DNA from: Squalus acanthias
Taxonomy: Eukaryota
DNA: 64,000 bases
Assembly: GCA_030390025.1 (NCBI GenBank)
Contig: CM059432.1
Coordinates: 31,932,001 to 31,996,000 of the forward strand
Direction: 5' to 3'
Shown here: piece by piece, positions 11,656-23,314 of the stretch
Layout of the letters: every line of letters starts with the position of its first letter
Position numbering within the stretch: position 1 is the first letter of the stretch
Program-made: the position numbers and the translations under genes
The notes under the pieces: model-generated
Databases searched by the model: none
What the model saw: the letters and a program-made list of their open reading frames with translations, nothing else
Told to the model about the DNA's origin: nothing

Positions 11656-14655
11656 CATAAGAACATAAGAACATAAGAAATAGGAGCAGGAGTAGGCCAA
11701 TCGGCCCCTCGAGCCTGCTCCGCCATTCAATAAGATCATGGCTGATCTGATCCTAACCGCCAATCTACTATCTATCACAGAACCATCTCCTGCATCTAAC
11801 AGAATTGCACACACGAAATAGGAGCAGAATCAGGCTACACAGTCCCTGGGCCCGCTCCACTACCCACAGGGCCATGACCGATCCGAACCTAGACTCATGT
11901 CCAAATTCCTGCCCGCTCCCCGTAACCCTTAATGCCCTTTACTTCTAGGAAACTGTCTATTTCTGTTTTAAATTTAATTAATGTTGTAGCTTCTACAGCT
12001 TTTTGTGGCAGCATATTCCATGGACCTACCACCCTCTGAGTGAAGTAGTTCCTCCTCATCTCAGTTTTGAAAGAGCAGCCCCTTATTCTAAGACTATGTC
12101 CCCTAGTTCTCGTCTCACCCGTCATCGGGAACATCCTCCCCGCATCCACCCGATCCAACCCCTTCACAATCTTATATGTTTCAATAAGATCGCCTCTCAT
12201 TCTTCTGAACTCCAATGAGTAGAGTCCCAATCTACCCAACCTCTCCTCATATGACCACCCCCTCATCCCCGGGATTAACCGAGTGAACCTTTTTTGCACT
12301 GCCTCGAGAGCAAGGATGTCTTTCCTTAAGTAAGGACACCAAAACTGTATGCAGTATTCCAGGTGCGGTCTCACCAATACCTTGTACAACTGAAGCAATA
12401 CCTCCCTATTTTTATATTCTATCCCCCTAGCAATGAAAGCCAACATTCCATTTGCCTTCTTAATCACTTGCTGCACCTGCATACTAACCTTTTGAGTTTC
12501 GTGCACCAGGACCCCCAGATCCCTTTGCACTTCAGTACTCTCCAGTTTCTTGCCATTAAGATAATAAATTGCTCTAGGATTTTTCCTGCCAAAGTGCATC
12601 ACCTCACACTTTCCAGTGTTGTATTCCATCTGCCAAATCTCTGCCCACTTACTTAGCCTGTCTATGTCCCCTTGCAGGTTTTTTATGTCCTCCTCACTCA
12701 CTACTTTCCCTCCCATCTTTGTATCATCTGCAAATTTTGATATGTTACACTTGGTCCCTTCCTCCAAATCGTTAATATAGATTGTGAAGAGTTGGGGACC
12801 CAGCACTGACCCCTGTGGAACACCACTAGTTACTGATTGCCAGTCTGAGAATGAACCATTTATCCCAACTCTTTGCTTTCTGTTAGATAGCCAATCCTCT
12901 ATCCATGCCAGAATATTACCCCCAATCCCGTGATTTTTTACCTTAAGCAATAATCTTTTGTGTGGCACCTTGTCAAATGCCTTTTGGAAGTCTAAATACA
13001 CTACGTCCACTGGTTCCCCTTTATCCACTCTATATGTTACTTCCTCAAAGAACTCCAGCAAATTTGTCAAACATGACTTCCCCTTCGTAAAACCATGCTG
13101 ACTTTGTCCTATTAAATTATGATTATCCAAATGTCCTGTTACTGTTTCCTTAATAATGGACTCCAAAATTTTACCTACCACAGATGTTAGGCTAACCGGT
13201 CTATAGTTACCAGCCTTCTGTCTACTGCCCTTTTTAAATAAGGGTGTTACATTAGCAGTTTTCCAGTCTGCCGGGACCTTAGCGGAATCCAGGGAGTTTT
13301 GAAAAATTATTACCAATGCATCTACAATCCCTACCGCCACTTCCTTCAAGACTCTAGGATGTAAGCCATCAGGTCCAGGTGATTTATCCGCCTTGAGTCC
13401 CATTATTTTACCGAGTACCACTTCCTTAGTGATTTTGATCGTGTTTAGCTCCTCTCCCCCTATAGCCCCCTGTTTGTCCAGTGTTGGGATATTCTTAGTG
13501 TCCTCTACTGTAAAGACTGATACAAAATATTCATTCAGTGTTTTTGCCATCTCCATATTTCCCACCATTAATTTCCCGGTCTCATCCTCTAAGGGACCAA
13601 CATTTACTTTAGCCACCCTTTTTCTTTTTATATAACTATAAAAACTCTTACTATCTGTTTTTATATTTTTTGCTAATTTACTTTCATAATCTATCTTCCC
13701 TTTCTTAATCAATCTTTTTGTTATTTTTTGCTGCCTTTTAAAGTTTTCCCAATCCTCTGTCCTCCCACTAGATTTCGCTACCTTATATGCCCTTGTTTTT
13801 AGTCGAATACTATCCTTAATTTCTTTACTTAGCCACGGATGACTGTCCTTTCTTTTACACCCTTTTCTTTTCAGTGGAATATATTTTTTTTGGAAGTTGT
13901 AAAATAACTCCTTGAATGTACACCACTGATCATGTGTCGTCTTACCCTTTAATCTATTTTCCCAATCCACTCTACTCAATTCCGCTCGCATACCTTCATA
14001 GTCTCCTTTATTCAAGCTTAGCACGCTTGTTTGAGATCCAACCTTCTCACCCTCTAATTGAATATGGAATTCAACCATGTTATGGTCACTCATTCCAAGG
14101 GGATCCTTTACTAGGACATTTTTAATTAATCCTGTCTCGTTACACAGGACCAGATCTAAGGTTGCTTGCCCCCTGGTCGGTTCAGTTACATACTGCTCAA
14201 GAAACCCATCCCTAATACACTCAATGAACTCATCCTCAAGGCAGCCCTGCCCCATTTGATTTGTCCAATTAATATGATAGTTAAAATCCCCCATAATTAT
14301 AGATGTTCCCTTATTACATGCCTCAACTATTTCCTGATTGATACTCCGTCCAATAGAGTTGCAACTGTTCGGAGGCCTATAGACTACGCCCACTAATGTT
14401 TTTTTCCCCTTATTATTCCTTATCTCCACCCAAACTGTTTCATTATCATGATTTTTTGACCCAATATCATTACTCTGTATTACAGTGATTCCTTCCTTTA
14501 TTAACATAGCCACCCCACCTCCCCTTCCTTCCTGCCTGTCCTTCCTGATCGTTAAATAACCTGGTATGTTTAATTCCCAGGCATTGTCACCCTGCAGCCA
14601 TGTTTCTGTAATGGCCACAATATCATAACCATATGTAGTTATTTGTGCCATTAAG
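11656..14655 (-). mobile_element. Young, 5'-truncated CR1-type LINE
   Basis: (CATAAGAA)x3 tail at 11656-11680; 3' UTR; uninterrupted ORF2. Confidence 0.95.
11895..14651 (-). CDS. LINE ORF2: AP endonuclease + reverse transcriptase (~918 aa open, extreme N-terminus missing)
   Basis: AITETWL, GDFN and SDHN (APE); [25 protein letters not shown] and FADD (RT); no stops; the GTG start at 14663 lies in host L2 sequence. Confidence 0.95.
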   Translation of the reverse strand: MAQITTYGYDIVAITETWLQGDNAWELNIPGYLTIRKDRQEGRGGGVAMLIKEGITVIQSNDIGSKNHDNETVWVEIRNNKGKKTLVGVVYRPPNSCNSIGRSINQEIVEACNKGTSIIMGDFNYHINWTNQMGQGCLEDEFIECIRDGFLEQYVTEPTRGQATLDLVLCNETGLIKNVLVKDPLGMSDHNMVEFHIQLEGEKVGSQTSVLSLNKGDYEGMRAELSRVDWENRLKGKTTHDQWCTFKELFYNFQKKYIPLKRKGCKRKDSHPWLSKEIKDSIRLKTRAYKVAKSSGRTEDWENFKRQQKITKRLIKKGKIDYESKLAKNIKTDSKSFYSYIKRKRVAKVNVGPLEDETGKLMVGNMEMAKTLNEYFVSVFTVEDTKNIPTLDKQGAIGGEELNTIKITKEVVLGKIMGLKADKSPGPDGLHPRVLKEVAVGIVDALVIIFQNSLDSAKVPADWKTANVTPLFKKGSRQKAGNYRPVSLTSVVGKILESIIKETVTGHLDNHNLIGQSQHGFTKGKSCLTNLLEFFEEVTYRVDKGEPVDVVYLDFQKAFDKVPHKRLLLKVKNHGIGGNILAWIEDWLSNRKQRVGINGSFSDWQSVTSGVPQGSVLGPQLFTIYINDLEEGTKCNISKFADDTKMGGKVVSEEDIKNLQGDIDRLSKWAEIWQMEYNTGKCEVMHFGRKNPRAIYYLNGKKLESTEVQRDLGVLVHETQKVSMQVQQVIKKANGMLAFIARGIEYKNREVLLQLYKVLVRPHLEYCIQFWCPYLRKDILALEAVQKRFTRLIPGMRGWSYEERLGRLGLYSLEFRRMRGDLIETYKIVKGLDRVDAGRMFPMTGETRTRGHSLRIRGCSFKTEMRRNYFTQRVVGPWNMLPQKAVEATTLIKFKTEIDSFLEVKGIKGYGERAGIWT

Positions 14656-15030
14656 TGGTGCACGATGCCTCCTCATTTTCTCGACCTCTCTGCAGCCTTT
14701 TTACGGTTGACCACACCGCCCTCCTCCGTTGTCTAACTCAGTGGGACTGCTTTCACTTGGTTCCATTCTTGCCTATCCAACCATAGCCATGGCATCCCCA
14801 GCAATTGCTTCTCCGCCTGTCTCTAAACTGTTACCAATGGAGTCCCCCAGTGATCTGTCCTTGCCCTCTCCTTTTCTTATCTACATGTTGCCCCCCTGGC
14901 GATACAGCCGGCACAGGCTCGACGGGCCGAATAGCCACCTTCTGTGCTGTAACGATTCTGTGATATCATCTGAAGATTGAGGTCAGGGTCCACATGTACG
15001 CTGATGACATCCAGTTCAACCACACCACAA

Positions 15031-15477
15031 GAAAAGAAAGACTTGCATTGATATAGCGCCTTTCACGACCACCGGACGTCTCAAAGCGCTTTACAGCCAA
15101 TTAAGTACTTTTTGAAGTGGAGTCACTGTTGTAATGTGGGAAACGCGGCAACCAATTTGCGCACAGCAAGCTCCCACAAACAGCAATGTGATAATGACCA
15201 GATAATCTGTTTTTGTGATGTTGATTGAGGGATAAATATTGGCCAGGACTCCGGGGATAACTCCCCTGCTCTTCAAAATATTTCCATGGGATCTTTTACG
15301 TCCACCTGAGAGAACAGACGGGGCCTCGGTTTAACGTCTCATCCAAAGACTGCACCTCCGACAGTGCACTGGAGTGTCAGCCTAGCTTTATGTGCTCAAG
15401 TCCTTAGAGTGGGATTTGAACCCACAACCTTCTGACTCAGAGGCGAGTGTGCTACTAACTGAGCCACAGCTGACACT
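15031..15477 (-). mobile_element. tRNA-derived Deu-domain SINE (SacSINE1-like)
   Basis: A/B-box head on the minus strand; GACGTTAAACCGAGG...AAAAGATCCCATGG...GTCCTGGCCAA core. Confidence 0.85.
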
Positions 15478-16994
15478 ACTCTCGTGATCACCACACTGCC
15501 TCTGTTGTCAGACTGCTTGTCAGGCATTAAGTCCTGGATGAGCTGCAATTCCCTCCAGTTAAAATTGGTAAGACTAAGCCATCATCTTTGGCCTCCATCA
15601 CAAGTCCTTGTTGCAATTTACCCACGTCACAATTTACATCCCTCTCCCCGGCCACTGTCTCAGGTTGAACTAGACTGTTCTTAACCACACCGTCCTATTT
15701 AACTCATACCTGGCCTCTTGTCCAACCCCAAGCCCTTTGCCCCACCATTGGTGGCCGTGCCTTCAGCACTTTGGAATTCCCTCCCTAAACCTCTTTGCCT
15801 CTCCACCTCCTTCTCCTCCTTTAAGACCCTCCATAAACTCCACCTTTTTGACCAAACTTTGTCAGCCGTCCTAATATATCCTCCTTTGGCTCAGTATCAG
15901 ATTTTGTATGATTACACTACACTTCTGTGAAATGAATTGGAATGATTTTCTACGTTAAGTTGTTGTTGTGCAAGTTATAATTAACAGTGTGACATCCCAC
16001 GATAGATCCTGCAACTTTTTATGGTTGCCGACTATTGTACGATTTGCTGCCCAAGTACCACAGTTTTCCATGAAAAGCCACAGAGGCAGTGGAAATGCTG
16101 GTATGGAAGTGATAACAAATCACTCCCCCTAGATGGGAGTAATTGTGTCAGAGATTTCCACATCTGAGTGCACAAAATGCAGCCCTTCCAGCTCACTTGT
16201 GTGCGCATCAGAAGATGATACTGGGTATCCAGAATTTGCTAAAGAACAGCAGTCTTAATCGAGAGTTTAGATGATTATTGTAAACCACGCAGTGTCATGC
16301 TAGATGTCGGAAGAAACCCTCTGTTTAGATTTCAGCACTTAGCTCCTATTATTATTTGCGTTTCATGAAGCTTATTAGCACGCGAGTGCACGGTGTGCAG
16401 GATAATTATATCACAGGTTCCAAGCAGCTCATGATTACTGTTTAAGTCGACGGTTACTTGATATTTTGAAATGGGAAAATTCCCAGTTGTACCTATTAAT
16501 GTAACCCTGCACTGCATACCTGCAATTTATGTTTGAGCTTTATAGTCTGGGCCATGACATTTTATCACATCATGTTTTCCATTTATGAATTATCTACGCA
16601 GCATATTTGACTACATAACAGATAAAAATAGAACATTCTGGAAGTACACAGCAGATCCATCAGCATCTGAAAAGAGATGTCACATGAGAAAAAACTATTG
16701 ATTTTTCTTTAGAGACTCTTCATCCTAGTTATTTAAGAGTGTACTTGAAATGTTGAAGCCATCTTTTTTTCTCTGCAAGGCTTTTTTGCAGCCTTTTCTG
16801 TTTTAATTTCAGATTTCCAACATTTGCAAGTTTATTTTTTGTCTCCATCACTTAAGTATGTTTTAAAAGGGCTACCCTCATTCTGTAATAGTGAGGGAGA
16901 GCACATAAATTTTGTTTGCATGAAAATGAAGTAAGGATGGAAGAATATTTGATTTTGTGGTTAGTTCAGATATAAACATAATCATTAATTATCA

Positions 16995-18540
16995 GCAAAA
17001 GAGGAGGCAGCAGCAATGTTGAATAGGATAAAATGAGATAAAGAGGAGGTACTTAAAAGATTGGCAGTCCTCAAAGTAGAAAAGTCACCTGGTCCGGATT
17101 AGGTTACTGAGGGTAGTAGGGGTGAAATTGCGGAAGTTCTGCCCACAGGCTTCCAATCCTCCTTGGATATGGGGGTGGCGCCAGAGGACTGGAGGATTGT
17201 AAATGTTACAAAAGGGGCGAGGGATAAACCCGGTAAATACAGGCCAGCCAGCCTAATGTCGGCGGTGCGGAAACTTTGAGACAATAATCCAGGACAAATT
17301 TAATTGACATTTGGAAAAGTATGGGCTAATAAATGAAAGTCAGCAAATAGTGTTTGACTGACTTGATTGTGTTCTTTGATAAAGTAACGGAGAAGGTTGA
17401 TGAGGGTTAGTGTGGTTGATGTTGTGTATATGGACTTTCAAAAGGTGTTTGACAAAGTACCACATAGTAGACTTATTAGCAAATTTAAAGCCCATGGGAT
17501 TAAAGGGACAGTGGCAGCATGGATACAAAATTGGCTAAGGGATAGAAAGCAGTGAGTAGTGGTGAGTGGTTGTTTTTCAGACTGGAGGCAAGTATACAGT
17601 GGTGTTCCCCAGGGGTCAGTGTTGGGGCTACTGCTCTTTTTGATGTATATTAAAGACCTGGACTTGGGTATACAGGGCATAATTTCAAAGTTTGCAGATG
17701 ACGTGAAACTCTGAACTGTAGTAAACAATGAGCAGGGTAGTAACAGACTTCAGGAGGGCATAGTGAAATGAGCAGACACAAGGCAGATGAAATTTAACGC
17801 AGAGAAATATGAAGTGATGCATTTTGGTGGGAAGAATGAGAGGCAATATGAATTAAATGGTACATATTTTAAAGGGGGTGCAGGAACAGAGAGGCCTGGG
17901 GTGTATGTACACAAATTATTATTAAGAGGAATAGGGTACAAAAGCAAGGAAGTTATGCTAAACCTTTATAAAACACTGGTTAGGCCTCAGCTGGAGTATT
18001 GTGTTCAGTTCAGGGCACCACACTTTAGGAAAGATGTCAAGGCCTTGGAGAGGGTGCAGAAGAGATTTACTGAAATGATACCACAGATGTGGGACTTCGG
18101 TTATGTGGAGAGACTGGAGAAGCTGGAGTTGTTCTCCTTCGAGCAGAGAAGGTAAAGGAGATATTTGATAGAGGTGTTCAAAATCATGAACAATTTTGAG
18201 AGAGTAAATAGGGAGAAACAGTTTCCAGTGGCATAAGGGTCAGTAACTAGATGAGACAGATTTAAGGTAAGTGGCAAGAGGACCAGAGGTGACATGAGAC
18301 AACATATTTTTACACAGCGAGTTAAGTTGTGGTGGTCTGGAATGCACTGCCTGAAAGGGTGGTGGAAGCAAATTCAATAGTAACTTTCAAGAGAGAATTG
18401 GATAAATACTTGAAGGGAAAAAATTTACAGGGCATGGGGAAAGAGCGGGGGAGTGGGATTGATTGGATAGCTCTACTAAAGAGCTGGCACAGGTACGATG
18501 GGCTGAATGGCCTCCTGTGTTGTATCATTCTATGATTCTA
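16995..18540 (+). mobile_element. CR1-type LINE RT/3' fragment, frameshifted
   Basis: RT motifs; LYKTLVRPQLEYCVQF; TCTATGATTCTA tail. Confidence 0.9.
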
Positions 18541-18711
18541 AAGCTGCCTCGCTGAAATTAATCTCTTGCTCTATACATGCCACAGACACCACCTAGAGGA
18601 CATTTCCAGTACTACTGAAATTTTGTGGCCTACTGAATGTATTAATGTTTTAGAAAATCTAAGGTGAAAAAAAAGTTTATCATTTTTATGCAGTTTTTTT
18701 TTAATTTGTAG

Positions 18712-18927
18712 CTTTTTGTATCAGCGGAAACACCTGGCTCAAATATTCAAGCTCCTGGACAAGTCCAGCAACTGCTACCTCAGCCAACACCAAAAGTACC
18801 TGCTGCTGCTGCTCAAGCTAATCAGATGCCTACTATTCAGCCTTCAGTAATACCAGTCCCGATACCAGTGGCAGCGCCAGACCCCAGCCAGCAAGCTGCA
18901 GCTCAGCATCAACTACCTGCATCCCAG
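18712..18927 (+). CDS. OXSR1: OXSR1 internal coding exon, Pro/Gln/Ala-rich linker (LFVSAETPG...HQLPASQ, 72 aa)
   Basis: T-rich tract + AG at 18710-18711; CAG|GTATG donor; 216 nt open, phase 0/0; begins LF like the equivalent human exon. Confidence 0.85.
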
Positions 18928-19639
18928 GTATGCTACATTTTAGAAATAGCTTAAATAGTGAGAGCATTTATCTCTTTGCTTCATAAGCTCCTAAAAACAG
19001 TAATTTGACTGTAATTCCCAGATTTTGTATTTCAGTGGTAGGAGCTATAACAGCACTTGTCTTAACTGTTGAAAGCGCTTTGTTAATTATGAATGCTGCA
19101 ACTTGTCTGTGATGCTACTGTTTTGAACAAGTTAAAATGAGAACAAATATTTGAGTTTATGTTGAAGTTTGGATCCCACAAAAATGTTTCTACAGCCTCC
19201 CTTTCATTTAGAAATGAAGCACATCCTTGAGCATGTCTCCAGTAATTCATGATGGATTGTACTTCACTCTTTGTAGCAGTGAATTAATGCAAAGACCAAT
19301 CCAGTTTTAAATTGTCTAATGTAAAATATAGATTTTTTTTGTTTGCTTTTTATCCCTTTGGTGTGGTAATCTAGATCATTCCTGTTGAGAAATTATGTGA
19401 TGTGCATGATTTAAAAGCGACCTTGGCCCCTCAACACAACTGAAGCTGTGCCAGTTTTTGTAGAGCTTTTGTTTTCTTTGTTTCCCCTGCCCAGAAATTC
19501 CCTGCACCAAATACACCCTGTCTAGATGAGCAGGGAGACAAACAGCCGACTCCCAACCCTCTAATCTTGTCACTTAGTAACCATCTCTTAGGAAAGGGCA
19601 CATGTTCAGGGTTGTGAAAAGCAGTTTTAGGACTTGTGT

Positions 19640-19858
19640 CAACAACACCCCTTTTGTTCTTTTATTCCTCCCCCCAGCCTCCCCCTTGCTTTTTTTATCT
19701 TTCATTTCCTGCTTTTTTTCTCCGTTCTGACGAAGGGTTTCGACCTGAAACGTTAACTCTGTTTCTCTCTCCACGGATGTTGCCTGGCCTGCTGAGTTTT
19801 TCCAGCGTTTTCTGTTTCAGTTTTCCAGCATCTGCAGTATTTTGCTATTGTATTAGTG
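19640..19858 (+). mobile_element. Short Penelope-like insertion with a minimal hammerhead ribozyme core
   Basis: 14-bp TSD TTTAGGACTTGTGT (19626-19639, 19859-19872); GTT-CTGACGA-A-GGGT(TTCG)ACCT-GAAA-CGT-T-AAC at 19724-19757. Confidence 0.8.
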
Positions 19859-21139
19859 TTTAGGACTTGTGTTCTTTACACAGGGCATCATCAGTTGGAA
19901 AGGGTTGATGGGAAGCATGGTTGAGACCAGGGCATTTAAAAATTGATTAGATGCTACAATGGGAAGATGGTAGGGGTCGGTACTCTGGAAGGATGAGATC
20001 AAATAGGTCGAACCTTGCAGTGTGTGTCCTGGGAGAATTGCCCTCCTATTACTGTCTCTCCAAATTCAGAATTTTCTTTTATGTTTCCACATTGATGAAC
20101 ATTCTTGCAGTATTTGAGAGAAGCATCTGTTGTATATTGCAGTGTTGCTAGCCTTTGGAATGTTTCATATTTGAGCTTTTAAGTATTTTTGTATCAAATA
20201 TAAATAGTGTTTGGACAACAAAACCCATAGGTGAAGTTTTAAGAGTTAAAATTCATATGGCTTTGGTATCCGAAACAGGCAAACTATAATGATTTGAATT
20301 TTCAGAATTGAAATCCCACCTCTCTCCCCTCCTCTTGTTAAATCAAAACCCGTGCACATATATGAACTTTCCAGTAGGGTCACTGGATATCAACCGAGAG
20401 TGGAAACCGTGGTACATTTCCTCTACCCCACCCCCTTCTCCCTATATTGTGGCCAATTAGAAGACCCCTAACTACTGCCCTAGCTCCTATCAGCGAATTC
20501 CTCACAGATTAGGGTTGGAATCTTGCTTGGCTTCGGTGATTCCATAATCTGACATTCTCTCAGAGCAGTGGTCGTAGGGAGCAGTCATTCTTGTCTCTTA
20601 ATCACTGGTGCAATAAGAATAGGAAGTTCAAAGGCAAGGTCAGTTTGCAAAAGAGGCCTCACCGTTATCTGGTGTGGTTTAGGTTCTCTGATTCTAAATT
20701 GGAGTATGCGCAAGTTTGGAAACTTCTCCAGCTTCTCTTCAAATTTGATCTGCAGTTGGAGCATTTCACAACTATGTGCCAAAGTTTGTCATATGGCAGT
20801 GATACTCATAAACATTGCCTAAGACCGCTTTCCCCTTCACTTATGGCCTTTGGCAAATCTGCCGCTCTGTGCATATCTAGGCAACTATTCATTGCTTGTG
20901 AAGCTGTGGGATATCATCGGAGGTGGGATTCAATTTAGTTTCTTCTCCTTACTCTACTGTCCAGTAAGCGAATTCTATTAGAAAGCAGAGCTGTCCCAGC
21001 ATTCATAGAAGTGAAATGGTCCTATTAAAACAATAGCACTTGCAATCTTAATGGAACTATTTGCTGTGGGGTTTATTTCCCTGCTGATGGAAGCACCTGG
21101 CCCTCACTGTACAGTATGTGGATCATTGTTAAGGGTGGT

Positions 21140-21430
21140 CCTTGAACAAGATAAGAGGGCATAATCTTAAAATTAGAGCTCGGCCATTCAGGAGTAAAAT
21201 CAGGAAGCACATTTTCAAACAGAGTAGTGGCTATCTGGAACTCTCCCCAAAGGCTGTGGATGTTGGGTCAGTTGACATTTGCAAACTTGATATCAAGATT
21301 TTTGTTGGGTAAGAGTATCCAGAGATATGGAGCAAAGGCAGGTAAATGGGGTTGAGGTAAAGATTAGCTATGATCTAATTTAATGGCAGAACAGGCTTGA
21401 GGGGCTGAATGGCCTACACACATTCCTGTG
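21140..21430 (+). mobile_element. Old CR1 3' end fragment
   Basis: Degenerate RGH..L/WNSLP region plus 3' UTR GGGCTGAATGGCCT. Confidence 0.7.
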
Positions 21431-21661
21431 TAAGACACACCACTTAGATCTTTAACAAAAAAGATATTGAATAACAAAACTGGCATATGTGGGTTTACTG
21501 TTGCTTTAAATGGTCGACTTTGAATCTGCAATTTTGAGCTGGTATTGCTGTGATCTTTTCATAGGCTTGCGCAGCCTGCAGAATATTGATGCAGGTAGTG
21601 CTTTATCTTCCCCTTCCTCTTTCTTATATCCTTCTGCTGATTTGATTCTTGTTGCTTTCAG

Positions 21662-21726
21662 TTTGCTCCTGGTTCTGCTGCTCCAGATTCGCACCAGACA
21701 CCCATCAGCCTTGTGTTAAGATTGCG
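21662..21726 (+). CDS. OXSR1: OXSR1 exon (FAPGSAAPDSHQTPISLVLRLR), start of the CCT domain
   Basis: TTTCAG acceptor; CG|GTAAGT donor; PISLVLRLR motif; phase 0/2, joining the next exon in frame. Confidence 0.93.
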
Positions 21727-21915
21727 GTAAGTGAAATCTGATCAGAACATCAGGCTGACTTGTCCTGTCTAAAGTAGTCATTAGAGATCTTCCAAGTTCA
21801 TGGTATACACTAAGATATATGAAAGAACTGTTGTAATGGTGCTTTTTTAAATATATTTATTTAACATTTTCTGCAGAATCCTATTTCAAAAACAGTTGAA
21901 GAACTGCTACATTGT

Positions 21916-22570
21916 TTGTGTGACGAGCTGAGCTTCCGACCCCATATCCTCTCCATCACCAAGACTTCCACCTTCATAATATCGCCCATCTCCGCCCCTG
22001 CCTCAGCTCATCTGCTGCTGAAACCCTCGTTCATGCTTTTGTTACCTCCAGCCTCAACTATTCTAATGCTCTCCTGGCCGGCCTCCCATCTTCTACCCTC
22101 TGTAAACTTGAGCTCATCCAAAACTCTGCTGCCCGTATCCCAAATCAGACCGTCCCGTTCTCTCAGCACCCCTGTGCTCGCTGACTGACCAGGGCGACCG
22201 GTCCAACAATGCCTCAAATTTAAAATGCTCATCCTTGTGTTCAAGCCCCTCCCTATCTCTGTAACCTCCTACAACCCTCGAGAATTCTGCATTCCTCCAA
22301 TTCTGGACTCTTGTGCATCACCGATTTCCTTCACCCCACCATTGGTGGCTACGCCTTCAGCTGCTTAGGCTGCAAGCAATGACATTCCCTCCCTACACCT
22401 TTCTCTCCTCCTGAAAGACGTTCCTTAAAACCTACCTCTTTGACCAAGCTTTTGGTCATCTGACCTAACATCTCCTTATGTGGCTCGGTGTCAAATTTTG
22501 TCTGATAACTCTCCTATGAAGCATATTGGGATGTTTTACTACATTAAAGCCGCTATATATTTGCAAGTTG
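21916..22570 (+). mobile_element. L2-type LINE 3' fragment
   Basis: HAFVTS.L.YSNALL.G-like remnant and an L2-like tail. Confidence 0.75.
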
Positions 22571-22950
22571 TTTCGATTTTGTTTAGACGATATTAATTAT
22601 TGCAGTTATCCACTAAATGAGGGTCCATTTTCAGATATCTGGGGCTGTTAATCATTAATGGCATAAACAATCTGAAAAATATACAGCTTCCCCAGTGGTT
22701 TGCTGTATAAATGCATTGTGTGGTGCAGAGCTCTACGGACCAGTAGATCCCTTGTTCGATTTGTAGTATGTGCTGAGTTTGCTGATGTTTTACTGACTGT
22801 TAACCCTTGGCTAAGGAGAAAAAAAATAAAGTTTCCTACTCATCATCACTATCGAGTGACTCCTGCTGAAAATTTTGTGTCCAGATAGTAGATACAGGGA
22901 GAGAGACTCTCACAAATGGGGGAAAAAAAATATATAAAATTTATATAATA

Positions 22951-23314
22951 CTAGTCGATCTCCTGTGGCATTGCACAGGGGGAGTTGACACCAAGTGTAG
23001 TGTTCAGGTGAAGTGGGTTAATTGGACCAGGTTGCAGTCCCCATTTTAAAGTCATATTCTTTCCTTATTTTTTTAATTTCCGTTATAAATTCTTATGTTC
23101 ACATTTATAATGGAAATTGCCCATGTTAGCTTGTTTTTGCTGTAATTACACCCTTCTTGTAGTGGTGAGACCACAGTTTCTCCAATGGAGGGAAGGTATA
23201 GTTGCAGCATGACAAGTTTACATAAGCTGTTTCCATTATAAATACGCTCAAGAATTTATAATAGAAAAAGTTGGCGGGTGCACACAGACATTGTATATAT
23301 TTTATACGTATACA
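22951..23314 (-). mobile_element. Short non-autonomous Helitron-like element
   Basis: On the minus strand: hairpin CCTGTG-CAATGC-CACAGG, 7 nt, then CTAG|T; degenerate 5' end A|TGTATACGTATAAAA; no TSD. Confidence 0.65.

Larger units (their letters stand above)
11065..15970 (+). mobile_element. Decayed L2-type LINE hosting a CR1 (11656-14655), a short CR1 tail and a SINE (15031-15477)
   Basis: C/T-rich RT remnants that continue across the CR1 insertion; L2-like 3' end near 15720-15970. Confidence 0.7.

Noticed and set aside
20568..20938. Cluster of short ORFs
   Set aside because: No motif I can support and not in phase with OXSR1 exons; may be a decayed repeat
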